Positions 10,162 through 20,041 of a DNA stretch of 64,000 nucleotides are shown one piece after another. Positions within the stretch are counted from its first letter, which is position 1; every line of letters starts with the position of its first letter. The DNA is from Syntrophales bacterium (GTDB taxonomy: Bacteria > Desulfobacterota > Syntrophia > Syntrophales > UBA6807). The notes under the pieces were generated by a model, which saw only the letters and a program-made list of their open reading frames with translations, searched no databases and was not told the DNA's origin. The translations under genes and the position numbers were made by a program. The stretch covers positions 32,001 through 96,000 of the forward strand of contig JAXGPA010000004.1 in the NCBI GenBank assembly GCA_040767195.1, read 5' to 3'.

Positions 10162-11556
10162 TCAGATTTTCAGAAGGTAGTGAACGATCCCCTCCAGGTG
10201 CCCCAGGGTGTTGCACTCCTTGACGAGGCTGCACGAGGAAAGGTACGCCTTCATGGCCGAATCCCCGGTACCCCAGAAGGGTCTCGTTTCGGGGTTGAGC
10301 CAGATGAGGCGCTTCGCCCGGTCATGAATTTCCCTGAGAATGCCCGGTTCGGGGTCGTAAAAGTTGCTTCTCCCGTCGCCGAGGATGATCACCGTCGTCT
10401 TCCGCGTCACGGCGCCGAGTCCGCAGGCCTTGAAATCACGGAAGGCCTGGCCGTAGTCGGTGCGGCTGAGGCGGATGTCCAGGTCCTGCCCGGACTGGAT
10501 CCTGTCGACGGCCTCCTCGGGGGAACAGCGGTCGAAGACATGGCTGGCCTCCACCAGGTTGCTGCAGAAGACGAAGGTGCGGATCCTCACCAGTTCCTCG
10601 TTGAGGCTGTAGAGGAAAAGGAGAAAGAAGCGAACCACGGTCCTCACGGACTGGCTGATGTCGCAAAGGACCATCATGTCCGCCCTGTCCTTTTTTTTCC
10701 GCTTCCACGACACGTGGAAAGGGATACCGCCATAGGGAATGGACCGCCGCTGGGTTTTCCTGAAATCCAGGCGTCCCCGGCTCCACCCCCGGCGCCTTCT
10801 CCAGTAGATGTCGTTGAGACGCCGGACGATCCGGCGGACCACGGCCTTCAGCGTTTCGATCTCCCGCTCGTCAAGCCGGGTGAGCCCCACGGACCGGTAC
10901 CGGTTCAGGTCCTCCGCCGGGGTCGTGCCCGCGAATTGAAGAAGGGTTTTCACATAGTCCCGGGTGAAGGCGACGAGCTGCTCCCGGGACTCTTTCAGCC
11001 CTGTCGCCACGGACCCCGACAAGGGGGACCCGGCCATGGAAAGCATGTTGATGTCGCCGTCCAGTCCTTCCATCCCCAGGCCACTCAGGATCCGACGGAC
11101 CACGACGGCCTGGTTTACGGGATAACGGGCCCCGTCCAGGGACAGGGAGCGCGCCGTTTCCTGGAGCCGCCGGGCGAGAAGGCCTCCATCCCCTTCCAGG
11201 AGCATTCGTGAAAGGGGCGAGAGTCCTTCGACGCCCCTTCCGGGGGTGCCCGTCTTCACGGCGCCCGCCGGCGGGAAAACGGTGAGTCGGGAGAAATACC
11301 TGTCAAAACACACCTGGAAAACCGCCTCTTCGTCGGGGGATTTGGCCAGTGCGGCGGCGAGGGCGTACTTCAGGGTGTCCCGGTCGTCATACCCGGCAAA
11401 GGAGACCGCTTCCAGGGCATCCAGGGTTTCGGACAGGGAGATCCGGACGCCGCTTTTCCGGAGGAGGGAGATGAACCCCAGGAGCGTGTCCTCCGGTCCT
11501 CTCCCGGGCCCCTCAGGGAGGCCGGTGAAGCCGGCGGTCGGCGACTCACGATTCAT
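10162..11556 (-). CDS. CoxE-like vWA domain protein
   Basis: N-terminal FISLLRKSGVRIS, MIDAS DISQS, TDYG, ILGDGRSN, LIWLNPE, WGTGDSAM. Confidence 0.88.
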   Translation of the reverse strand: MNRESPTAGFTGLPEGPGRGPEDTLLGFISLLRKSGVRISLSETLDALEAVSFAGYDDRDTLKYALAAALAKSPDEEAVFQVCFDRYFSRLTVFPPAGAVKTGTPGRGVEGLSPLSRMLLEGDGGLLARRLQETARSLSLDGARYPVNQAVVVRRILSGLGMEGLDGDINMLSMAGSPLSGSVATGLKESREQLVAFTRDYVKTLLQFAGTTPAEDLNRYRSVGLTRLDEREIETLKAVVRRIVRRLNDIYWRRRRGWSRGRLDFRKTQRRSIPYGGIPFHVSWKRKKKDRADMMVLCDISQSVRTVVRFFLLFLYSLNEELVRIRTFVFCSNLVEASHVFDRCSPEEAVDRIQSGQDLDIRLSRTDYGQAFRDFKACGLGAVTRKTTVIILGDGRSNFYDPEPGILREIHDRAKRLIWLNPETRPFWGTGDSAMKAYLSSCSLVKECNTLGHLEGIVHYLLKI

Positions 11557-11563
11557 GTCCCTT

Positions 11564-12502
11564 TCAGCCTCCCCGGACGCTTTTTCGCATGAGATCGGGA
11601 AGACTGTCCCGAAGGAGTTCCCCGTCCGACTCGAACTTTATGAAGACATTCATCGTTTCGTTGATGAGCTCGCTGGACAGGCACTCGGCGTGAAGAAAAA
11701 GCAGGGTCCTGGCCCAGTCGATGGCCTCGCTGATGGAGGGAACTTTTTTCAGCTGCAGCTTTCGCACTTCCTGGATGAAGGACACGAGCTGCCGTTTCAG
11801 AAGATCGGAGACACCGGGCGCCCGGACGGCGATGATTTTCGATTCCAGGGCGGCGTCGGGAAAGGGAATGTACAGGTGGAGGCACCGCCTCTTCAGGGCG
11901 TCCCCCAGTTCGCGGGTGTCGTTACTCGTCAGGAAAACGATGGGGTGGGACGTGGCCCGGACCGTCCCGATCTCCGGGATGGACACCTGGAAATCGGAGA
12001 GGATCTCCAGGAGAAACGCCTCGAATTCCTCGTCGGACTTGTCGATCTCGTCGATGAGAAGCACCGTTCCCCCGCTTCTCTGCAGGGCCTGGAGAAGCGG
12101 CCTCGGCTCCAGGAATTCGGGGGAGAAGAACAGGTCGTCGTACCGGTGCAGCGTCCGGACGGCATCGGTGAGGCTCGTCTCGCTGTTCACGATGTCGTTC
12201 AGCCTGTCCTTCAGGATCTGGGTGTAAAGAAGCTGCTTCCCGTATTTCCACTCGTAGAGGGCCTTCGATTCGTCCAGCCCTTCGTAGCACTGGAGCCGGA
12301 TGAAGGGGAGGCGGAAAATCTCCGCCGTCTTCTTGGCCAGCTCGGTCTTGCCGACACCGGCGGGACCTTCCACGAGAACGGGCTTTCCCAGGTGGAGGGC
12401 GATGAGCAGGGTCGTCGCGATCTTTCGGCTGCAGATGTACTGGACCCCTTCCAGGGCTTTCAGAAGGGTTTCCGGGGAATCAAAAAAAGCGGAACCGGTC
12501 AT
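11564..12502 (-). CDS. MoxR-family AAA+ ATPase (CoxD-like)
   Basis: Walker A GPAGVGKT, RLQCYEGLD, Walker B LLIDEIDK, LTSN, DALKRRC. Confidence 0.92.
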   Translation of the reverse strand: MTGSAFFDSPETLLKALEGVQYICSRKIATTLLIALHLGKPVLVEGPAGVGKTELAKKTAEIFRLPFIRLQCYEGLDESKALYEWKYGKQLLYTQILKDRLNDIVNSETSLTDAVRTLHRYDDLFFSPEFLEPRPLLQALQRSGGTVLLIDEIDKSDEEFEAFLLEILSDFQVSIPEIGTVRATSHPIVFLTSNDTRELGDALKRRCLHLYIPFPDAALESKIIAVRAPGVSDLLKRQLVSFIQEVRKLQLKKVPSISEAIDWARTLLFLHAECLSSELINETMNVFIKFESDGELLRDSLPDLMRKSVRGG

Positions 12503-13640
12503 TTCTTTCCTCCTCCAAGAGGGCCGCGCCGATTTTTTCCTTCTTTTTTTCCTGAACCGCGTGGGCGATCCCGATCGCGGGAACAAGGTCTTTCATGAGC
12601 CGGGACCATTCCTCCCCCGGGGCCAGTCTCCTGGCGGCCACGAATTCATCCAGGTCTTTCAGGAGCCTTCGGATGTTTCTCCGGGCGAAGAGGACCATGG
12701 ACGTGACCTCCCCCCGGGCCTCGGGAACCTCCAGTTTCTTCGCCGCCTCCCGGGAAACGACCCGGATGCCCTCCAGGGAGGACCACGCCGAACCGAGGAA
12801 GGTCTTTACCTCCACCCCCGGACCGCCCCCGGGCCTTTTTCGCAGGGTGGACAGGAGAATCTGGAAGAGGCGGCCCGTGCCGCCCGAAACCAGGCCGGCG
12901 AGAAAGACGTCTTCCCAGGTTCGAAAAGGAATGGAGAGGGTTTCCCAGGCCCTGTTCTCCTCGCCGAAAAGAGCATCCCCTTCAAGACGGCAATTCTCGA
13001 GGCGGATCCCCTCGTGGGGGCACGGCCGAAGAAAGGACAGGAAAAAGGGCCCGGTCTTTCGGGCGCCCTTCGTCCCGTCGGGAACCAGGAAAGCGCTGAA
13101 GTTTTTCCGTCCGTTCTGTTCCCCCGTCACGGCGAAAACGAGAAAGAAAGAGGCGAGCGGACCATTGGTGAGGAAGTTCTTTTCCCCGTCCAGGATGTAT
13201 GCGTCCCCGTTTTTCCGGGCCCGGGTCGTCATGTCCTTCGGCCTCGCCCCGGCGTCCGGCTCGGAGATGGCCAGGGAACCGGTGAGCGCCCCCCGGGCCA
13301 TGCCGGGAAGATAGGCCGCCTTCTGATCGTCCCTTCCGAAGCGGGAAAGAAAGAAAAGGCCCATGACCTGGTGAATCAGCCAGGACAGGACGATTCCGGG
13401 ATTGTGTCCGTGACGGACCAGGGTCTCCCCTGCCAGGTGGACCGTCAGGGGGTCCGCGCCCGCTCCGCCGACGTCCCGGGGATACCCCACCCCGAGGAGA
13501 CCCTCGGAGGCCATCTCCCCCCAGAGATCGAGGGGAAAACGATCCATCCTCCCAAGATTCCTTCTCGACGCGATGCGGCTCTCGGCGAAGGCCGCCGCCC
13601 GTTCCAGGATCGTCTCACGAATTTCCAGATTCATGGCCAT
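12480..13640 (-). CDS. Acyl-CoA dehydrogenase-family protein with degenerate C-terminal domain
   Basis: N-terminal and middle domains conserved (GRDDQKAAYLP, AISEPDAGA, LDGEKNFLTNG); RxQFG, GGxG and xEG C-terminal motifs not recognisable. Confidence 0.8.
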   Translation of the reverse strand: MAMNLEIRETILERAAAFAESRIASRRNLGRMDRFPLDLWGEMASEGLLGVGYPRDVGGAGADPLTVHLAGETLVRHGHNPGIVLSWLIHQVMGLFFLSRFGRDDQKAAYLPGMARGALTGSLAISEPDAGARPKDMTTRARKNGDAYILDGEKNFLTNGPLASFFLVFAVTGEQNGRKNFSAFLVPDGTKGARKTGPFFLSFLRPCPHEGIRLENCRLEGDALFGEENRAWETLSIPFRTWEDVFLAGLVSGGTGRLFQILLSTLRKRPGGGPGVEVKTFLGSAWSSLEGIRVVSREAAKKLEVPEARGEVTSMVLFARRNIRRLLKDLDEFVAARRLAPGEEWSRLMKDLVPAIGIAHAVQEKKKEKIGAALLEEERNDRFRFF

Positions 13641-13660
13641 TCACCGGGAACGCATCCCTT

Positions 13661-14089
13661 TCAATTGAATTTACGAAAGAACGCCTTGAGGATTTTCCGG
13701 AAACACGCCACGTCTTCCTCGGAAAAATCCGATTTGATCGCCTCGTTCACGTCTCTCAAGACCCGCTTCGCCCTATCGGCCTCTTCGTGCCCCGACGCCG
13801 TGATCTCGATGCGATAGGCCCTGCGGTCCGACGGGTGCGCTGCCCGGGCGGCGAACCCCATCTTTTCCAGCCGGTCGATCATGCCCGTGAGGGTGGAATT
13901 GTCCACCAGGAGCGCCTGGCTCAACTCGGACATGGTCTGCCCGTTGTTGCCCCGGAGAAGGAAAAGGAGAGCGGCCTGGGCGGCGGTGATGCGAAGCCCC
14001 TCGTCCCGAAACTTCTTCTTGAGGTAAGTCCTGAGGCGTTGCTGGGCCGTGAACACGAGATAAATGAGGCGGTCGTCCTGAACCGTCAT
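13661..14089 (-). CDS. MarR-family transcriptional regulator
   Basis: ITAAQ, MSELSQ...STLTGMIDRLEK.G, SDRRAYRIEIT wHTH motifs. Confidence 0.92.
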   Translation of the reverse strand: MTVQDDRLIYLVFTAQQRLRTYLKKKFRDEGLRITAAQAALLFLLRGNNGQTMSELSQALLVDNSTLTGMIDRLEKMGFAARAAHPSDRRAYRIEITASGHEEADRAKRVLRDVNEAIKSDFSEEDVACFRKILKAFFRKFN

Positions 14090-14114
14090 GGCCTTCAATC
14101 CTTTTTTACTTTTC

Positions 14115-14146
14115 CAAATATTGGCATATAAAATATTTGCTGTCAA
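14115..14146 (-). promoter_or_regulatory. sigma70 promoter overlapped by a palindromic operator (probable MarR autoregulatory site)
   Basis: TTGACA-N17-CAATAT on minus strand; perfect inverted repeat CAAATATT-N9-AATATTTG at 14115-14139. Confidence 0.7.
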
Positions 14147-14216
14147 GACATTTTCCCATGCCATTCACGCTGACAGGAACAAAGACGTAAGCCGCCGGGA
14201 AATGGTCTTCTTCCGA

Positions 14217-15077
14217 TTACCAGTGGGGCTGGTTTCCGATGCGGTGTCCCATGACCTCCAGGGTCTCCGAGACGACAACGAAGGCCTCCGGGTCGAGGCG
14301 CCGGATGATCCGCTTCAGGCGGGAAAGCTCCTGAAAGGTGATGACCGTGTACAGGAGGGCGCCCTTCTGGCCGGTGAACCCGCCCCGGCCTTCGATGATG
14401 GTCACACCCCGGTTCAGGTCCTCGAGGATTTTCCGGTTGATCTCCTCCCAGGCCCGGGAAACGATCCAGACGGCTTTTCTCTGGCTCAAGCCCGTGACCA
14501 CGACGTTCAGGACCTTTGACGAAACATACAGGAATATGAGCGTGTACAGGGCTCCCTGAAGGGAAAAGAGGAGGGCCGCCAGGGCGAGAACGGCGGTGTT
14601 GAAAACGAGAACCGTCGTTCCCAGGCGGACGGAATAGTGCTTCAGGAGGATGACCGCCAGGATGTCCGTACCGCCCCCTGATCCGGCGGACTTGAGCGTG
14701 ATGCCCGTGCCGATTCCCATGATGATCCCCGCGAGAAGGGCGCCGAGAATCCGGTCCTCCACGGGGATCGTGACATGGATCCACTGGAGGGCCGCTGAAA
14801 AAAGAATCATTCCCGCCAGGCTGTAAAGGAAAAACCGCCTGCCGACAAACCGCCACCCGACGAGAAAAAGGGGCACATTGAGACACAGATAGATGCCGCC
14901 CAGGGGCAGCGAGGGAAAAAGATGCTTCACCACGAGGGTCAGCCCGGTGACGCCCCCGCTCACAAATTCCATGGGAACGAGGATGCCGTTCACGGCGGCG
15001 CCGCAAAAAACGGCGCCCACGGACAGAAGAACGACGTTCCAGAAAACCTCGCCGGCAATTTTTAATCTTTTACGCAT
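14217..15077 (-). CDS. YitT-family membrane protein
   Basis: SGGVTG, LNVPLF, GSGGGTDILA, LNRGVTIIEGRGGFTG, DPEAFVV. Confidence 0.88.
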   Translation of the reverse strand: MRKRLKIAGEVFWNVVLLSVGAVFCGAAVNGILVPMEFVSGGVTGLTLVVKHLFPSLPLGGIYLCLNVPLFLVGWRFVGRRFFLYSLAGMILFSAALQWIHVTIPVEDRILGALLAGIIMGIGTGITLKSAGSGGGTDILAVILLKHYSVRLGTTVLVFNTAVLALAALLFSLQGALYTLIFLYVSSKVLNVVVTGLSQRKAVWIVSRAWEEINRKILEDLNRGVTIIEGRGGFTGQKGALLYTVITFQELSRLKRIIRRLDPEAFVVVSETLEVMGHRIGNQPHW

Positions 15078-15472
15078 GGGATATGACTCTCCCCGTTCGA
15101 CAATCGGAAAACCCTTCTTACCGGGATCATCGGAAAAAAGCAACGCCGCCCCGCTTCGGACCGCCTCCCGGGGAAGATCGGGTTCCGTCGGCTCTCCATG
15201 GGCTCTATTGACAGATCTCCGACAAAATGAGATAAAAAAACAAGAAAAAAGAGGTAATTTTCCCATGTTTCTCGTCGGGTTCGATCCGATCAACTATTAT
15301 TTCCCATGACTGTTCCCTGGAATCCAGCCCGCCGGAGACGCTGAATCCCCGTTTATCCCATCCCTGCAGCAAAAGGGCGCCGGGCGAGGTGAAAACCGCC
15401 ATTTCAGGGACTGATTGTCAAGCCGGTCGGTTCCGATGAGCCGCCCACCGGATCCAAGAAAGGACACAGGTC

Positions 15473-16738
15473 ATGGAAAACGAAAAAACGAGCGAAACAG
15501 AATCAACGCCATTCTGCGTGGACGTTCGAGGCCTCTGGAAAATCTTCGGCGACCGTTCCAGGGAAATCCTCGAATCGGATCTCCGGAAAGAAAGCCGGGC
15601 ATCCATCCTTGAAAAGACCGGGTCGGTGGTGGCGGTCCGGGACGTGTCCTTCCAGGTCCGAAAGGGGGAGTTTTTCGTCATCATGGGCCTGTCCGGAAGC
15701 GGAAAGTCCACCCTGATCCGGCTTCTCATGAGGCTCATCGAACCGACGACGGGAGAGGTCGACTTCAACGGGGAAAACATTCTCGCCTACGACGAGCAAC
15801 AACTCAATCATTTCCGACGCTACACCACGGGCATGGTTTTCCAGCACTTCGGCCTCTTTCCGCACCGGACGGTCATCGACAACGTAGCCTACGGGCTGAA
15901 GGTCCGGGGTGTCGGGGGAGAGGAGCGGCAGGCAAAGGCCATGGAGGCCATCGAAACGGTGGGACTGAAAGGGTGGGAAAATTACCTCCCCGGGGCGTTG
16001 AGCGGGGGGATGCAGCAGCGGGTCGGCATCGCCCGGGCCCTGGCCACCGAACCGGAAATCCTCTTCATGGATGAACCCTTCAGTGGCCTCGACCCCCTCA
16101 TACGAAGGGAGATGCAGGACGAACTGATCGAGCTTCAGTCCCGGCTGCAGAAAACCATCCTCTTCGTCACCCACGATCTTCACGAGGCCCTGAAGCTCGG
16201 GGACCGCATCGTGATCCTGAAAGACGGGGAAATCGTCCAGGTCGGCCCCCCCGAGGAAGTGGTCATTTCCCCGGCCAACGACTATGTCCGCGAATTCGTC
16301 TACGACGCCTCCATCCAGAGGGTCCTCACCGCGGGCAGAATCATGGAGGACCCGGACGCCCTGATCTACGACTGGCAGGGCCCCAAGGCCGCCCTCCACA
16401 TTCTCAGGACATCCAAGGAGGACCACGCCTTCGTGGTGGACCGGAAGAAGAAGCTCGTCGGTCTCATCACCATGGAAAGAATGAAAAAACTTATCGAAAA
16501 CCGCGGGGTCGCCCTGAGCGAGGTGATGGACCACGCACCGGTCACGACAAGCCCGGAAACGATTCTCGAGGATCTTTTCCCCCTCGCCGCAGGGGCGGAA
16601 TACCCCATTGCCGTGGTGGACGAGAACAACCGGTTTCTCGGCGAGATCCAGATCAGCTCGATCTTCGAAAACCTGATCCAGAGCGGCGGCGCAAAAGAGG
16701 AAGACAAAGAGGAAAAAGAGGAGGAAACCCATGACTGA
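15473..16738 (+). CDS. proV: Glycine betaine/proline ABC transporter ATP-binding subunit with CBS pair
   Basis: [40 protein letters not shown]-terminal CBS-like repeats. Confidence 0.92.
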   Translation: MENEKTSETESTPFCVDVRGLWKIFGDRSREILESDLRKESRASILEKTGSVVAVRDVSFQVRKGEFFVIMGLSGSGKSTLIRLLMRLIEPTTGEVDFNGENILAYDEQQLNHFRRYTTGMVFQHFGLFPHRTVIDNVAYGLKVRGVGGEERQAKAMEAIETVGLKGWENYLPGALSGGMQQRVGIARALATEPEILFMDEPFSGLDPLIRREMQDELIELQSRLQKTILFVTHDLHEALKLGDRIVILKDGEIVQVGPPEEVVISPANDYVREFVYDASIQRVLTAGRIMEDPDALIYDWQGPKAALHILRTSKEDHAFVVDRKKKLVGLITMERMKKLIENRGVALSEVMDHAPVTTSPETILEDLFPLAAGAEYPIAVVDENNRFLGEIQISSIFENLIQSGGAKEEDKEEKEEETHD

Positions 16739-17585
16739 TTTTCCCCGCCATCTCAGAATCCCGCTCGCCGACTGGGTCGACACGTTCATGTCCTGGCTTC
16801 TCGACAATTTCGCGGGCTTTTTCGACGCCCTGGGAGAACTCCTTCTCACCATTCTCGTCACCATCGAAAAGTTTTTCCTGTGGGTTCCCTGGTGGGCCAT
16901 GATCGCCGTTGCCGGCCTCGCCGGGTGGAAGGTCCTGGGACGGTGGTGGGCGGGAGCGGTCCTCGCGGGCCTCCTCTTTCTCATAGGGACCTTCGGGTAC
17001 TGGAAGCTCGCCATGATGACCCTCGCCCTGACCACCTCGGCGGTGATCATTTCCATTATCATCGGCATCCCCATGGGGATCCTCATGGCCCGAAGCGACC
17101 TTTTCGAGGCGGTCAACCGGCCGCTCCTCGATGCCATGCAGACCATGCCCAGTTTCGTGTATCTCATCCCCGCCCTCATGTTCTTCGGCCTCGGCAAGGT
17201 GCCCGCCCTGATCGCCACGCTGATCTACGCCGTCCCGCCGGTGATCCGGCTCACCAACGTGGGAATCCGCCAGGTGCCGAAGGAAACCCTCGAGGCGGCA
17301 AAGGCCTTCGGGGCCAACCCGCGGCAGATCCTCTTCGATGTCCAGCTTCCCCTGGCCATTCCGTCCATCATGGTGGGAATCAACCAGACCACCATGATGG
17401 CCCTCGCCATGGTCGTCATCGCCTCCATGATCGGGGCCCGGGGGCTGGGGCTCGAGGTTCTGCTCGCCATCAACCGCATCGAGGTCGGTCGGGGGTTCGA
17501 AGCGGGTTTGTGCATCGTCATCCTGGCCATCGTCATCGACCGGATCACCCACGGCCTCGCCGTGGCAAGGCAAAAGCGCCTGTGA
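16731..17585 (+). CDS. proW: Glycine betaine/proline ABC transporter permease
   Basis: PLLDAMQTMPSFVYLIP, EAAKAFGA (EAA loop), GINQTTMMALAMVVIASMIG. Confidence 0.92.
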   Translation: MTDFPRHLRIPLADWVDTFMSWLLDNFAGFFDALGELLLTILVTIEKFFLWVPWWAMIAVAGLAGWKVLGRWWAGAVLAGLLFLIGTFGYWKLAMMTLALTTSAVIISIIIGIPMGILMARSDLFEAVNRPLLDAMQTMPSFVYLIPALMFFGLGKVPALIATLIYAVPPVIRLTNVGIRQVPKETLEAAKAFGANPRQILFDVQLPLAIPSIMVGINQTTMMALAMVVIASMIGARGLGLEVLLAINRIEVGRGFEAGLCIVILAIVIDRITHGLAVARQKRL

Positions 17586-17738
17586 CGGACAGGGAGGGCG
17601 AAAAGGACGCCGTCCCTGTTCGACATTCCGAAAGCCCCTGGCGGCGGAAAACCCGCCACGGGGCGTACACCGGTTCGGTTCCGTTCCCGGGAAATTTCGC
17701 GCCCCATGCCGAACCGCGGGAAAGGCAAGCGTGACGCC

Positions 17739-19652
17739 ATGAAGAAGGGGACAGTCAGGAAAGAGGCGACACCGCCCGCCCGGGGTGTTGCCGACGAAAT
17801 CCGGAAAATCTCCGGGGGAGAGGCCGTTATCTTTCCCCTCATCCTGGAAGGTCTTTCCATTCCCACTTTCGTCATCGGCCAGGACCACCGCGTCCTCTAC
17901 TGGAACAGGGCTCTCCAGGAGCTCAGCGGCATCCGGGCCGAAAGGATCATCGGAACGAAGGAGCACTGGCGGGCGTTCTACAGCAGGGAAAGGCCCTGCA
18001 TGGCCGACCTCATCGCCGACGGGCTGCAGGACGAAATTCCCCAGTGGTACGCCGGCAAATACCGGAAATCGAAACTTCTCAAGGAAGCCTACGAGGCCAC
18101 GGACTTCTTTCCCGACCTCGGGAAAGAAGGAAAGTGGCTTCGCTTCACCGCTTCCGCCCTCCGGGACCCCGGCGGGAACCTGATCGGCGCACTGGAAACC
18201 CTGGAGGACGTCACGGAAGGGAAACAGGCGGAAACGGCCCTCCGGGAAAGCGAGAAACGGCTGAAACGGATCCTCGAGGGGTCCCCCATCCCGGCCTTTC
18301 TCATCGACAGGGACCATCGGATCCTGCACTGGAACCGGGCCCTGGAAGAATTGAGCGGTATCAAGGCGGAGGTCATCGTCGGAACGGACAAGCACTGGAA
18401 GGCTTTTTACCGGAAGAAAAGGCCGTGCATGGCCGATCTCCTGGCGGACGGGAAGACGGACGCGTTCCCCCGTTGGTATGACGGGAAAATCCAGAAATCG
18501 AAGCTTCTCGACGAAGCCTACGAGGCGACGGCCTTTTTCCCCGATCTCGGGGAGAGCGGAAAATGGCTCCGCATCACCGCTGCCGTGCTCCGGGACTCCC
18601 AGGGCCGTTTTTTCGCCTCCATCGAAACGCTTCAGGACATCACGGAAACCATCCTCGCCGAGGAAGCCCTCAAGGAAAGCGAGCAGCGCTTCAAGTCCGT
18701 TCTCGAGGGATCCCCCATACCGACTTTCGTCATCAACCGGGACCACGAGATCGTGTGCTGGAACCGGGCCCTGGAGGAGCTCAGCGAAATCAGCCGGGAT
18801 AAAATCGTGGGGACGAAACAGCACTGGAAGGCCTTCTATGACAAGGCCCGCCCCTGCATGGCCGACCTCCTCGTGGACAGTCTCCTCGACGAGATCCCCC
18901 GGTGGTACGTGGGCAAGTATCACAAGTCCAAGCTCATCGAGGAGGCTTACGAGGCCACCGACTTCTTCCCCGCCCTGGGTGACGGCGGGAAATGGCTCCG
19001 GTTCACCGCGGCGGCCCTCAGGGATTCACGGGGGGTCCTTTTCGGGGCCATGGAAACGCTCGAAGACATCACGGCGCGGAAAATCGCCGAAGAAGCCCTC
19101 CGGGAGAGCGAAAAGAGATACATGGAGCTGAGCATCACCGACGGTCTCACGAAACTCTTCAACTCGAGGCACTTTTACGACCAGCTCAAATCGGAGATCA
19201 ACCGGGCCAAGCGATACGGACACCCGCTCTCCCTTCTCCTTCTCGACATCGATGATTTCAAGAACTACAACGACACTTACGGCCACGTGGAAGGGGACAA
19301 GGTGCTCGTCCGTCTCGGCCAGGTCATTCGAAGATGCCTGCGGAAGACCGACTCGGCTTACCGGTACGGGGGCGAGGAGTTCACGGTCATCCTTCCCGAA
19401 ACGACGGGCGACGCCGCCGTGGCCCTGGCGGAAAGAATCCGGCGGGAGTTTTCAAACGAGACCTTCTCGACCTGGTCCATCACGCCCGTTCGAAAAACGG
19501 TGAGCGTCGGCGTGGCCGAGTATTTTCCGAAAGAAGAACTTTCTTTTTTCCTGAAGCGGACCGACGAAAGCATGTACACGGCAAAGAAGGAGGGGAAAAA
19601 CAGGGTCTTCTACGGCAGGCGGGAAGACCCCACGAGCGAGAGCGCCGATTGA
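17739..19652 (+). CDS. Diguanylate cyclase with three tandem PAS-like domains
   Basis: Three 143-aa repeats, then DGLTKLFN, DIDDFKNYNDTYGH, RKTD I-site and GGEEF. Confidence 0.92.
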   Translation: MKKGTVRKEATPPARGVADEIRKISGGEAVIFPLILEGLSIPTFVIGQDHRVLYWNRALQELSGIRAERIIGTKEHWRAFYSRERPCMADLIADGLQDEIPQWYAGKYRKSKLLKEAYEATDFFPDLGKEGKWLRFTASALRDPGGNLIGALETLEDVTEGKQAETALRESEKRLKRILEGSPIPAFLIDRDHRILHWNRALEELSGIKAEVIVGTDKHWKAFYRKKRPCMADLLADGKTDAFPRWYDGKIQKSKLLDEAYEATAFFPDLGESGKWLRITAAVLRDSQGRFFASIETLQDITETILAEEALKESEQRFKSVLEGSPIPTFVINRDHEIVCWNRALEELSEISRDKIVGTKQHWKAFYDKARPCMADLLVDSLLDEIPRWYVGKYHKSKLIEEAYEATDFFPALGDGGKWLRFTAAALRDSRGVLFGAMETLEDITARKIAEEALRESEKRYMELSITDGLTKLFNSRHFYDQLKSEINRAKRYGHPLSLLLLDIDDFKNYNDTYGHVEGDKVLVRLGQVIRRCLRKTDSAYRYGGEEFTVILPETTGDAAVALAERIRREFSNETFSTWSITPVRKTVSVGVAEYFPKEELSFFLKRTDESMYTAKKEGKNRVFYGRREDPTSESAD

Positions 19653-19663
19653 AAGACGGGGTT

Positions 19664-19999
19664 TCAACGGTCCCGGTCTTCCTCTCTTTCTCTCTCCAGT
19701 TCCTCCCTGATCTTGACGGCCAGGTCTTCCAGGATGGCGTCGAACTGTTTTCTCGCGGAAATCATGTCCCGCCTCATTCGGAGGATGATGTCGACGCCCG
19801 GCAGGTTCACCCCCAGTTCCTCCACGAGGATTTTCGCGATCCGGAGTTTCTCGAGCTCGCTGAAAGCATAAACCCGCCTTCCCGGCCTCTCCTCCCTGAG
19901 GCAGCAGACGATCTCCTCCTCTTCAAGGTCGAGGAGGAACGTTTCGTCCAGGTCGAAGATCCGGAGAACCTCTTCCCTTGTCCAGCGTTCCTTCATCAT
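19664..19999 (-). CDS. CbpM/MerR-like chaperone modulator
   Basis: KLRIAKILVEELGVNLPGVDIILRMR; immediately downstream of a DnaJ/CbpA gene. Confidence 0.75.
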   Translation of the reverse strand: MMKERWTREEVLRIFDLDETFLLDLEEEEIVCCLREERPGRRVYAFSELEKLRIAKILVEELGVNLPGVDIILRMRRDMISARKQFDAILEDLAVKIREELEREREEDRDR

Positions 20000-20041
20000 C
20001 GTTCGATAAACCCTTAAAAACTCGAAAAATCTTCTGTTACC

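Noticed and set aside
15310..15415. Glycine or c-di-AMP (ydaO) riboswitch call for the proV leader
   Set aside because: Only isolated words (GGAGA, GCTGAA, TTTCAGG) match and the required stems are missing; kept only as an unnamed structured leader
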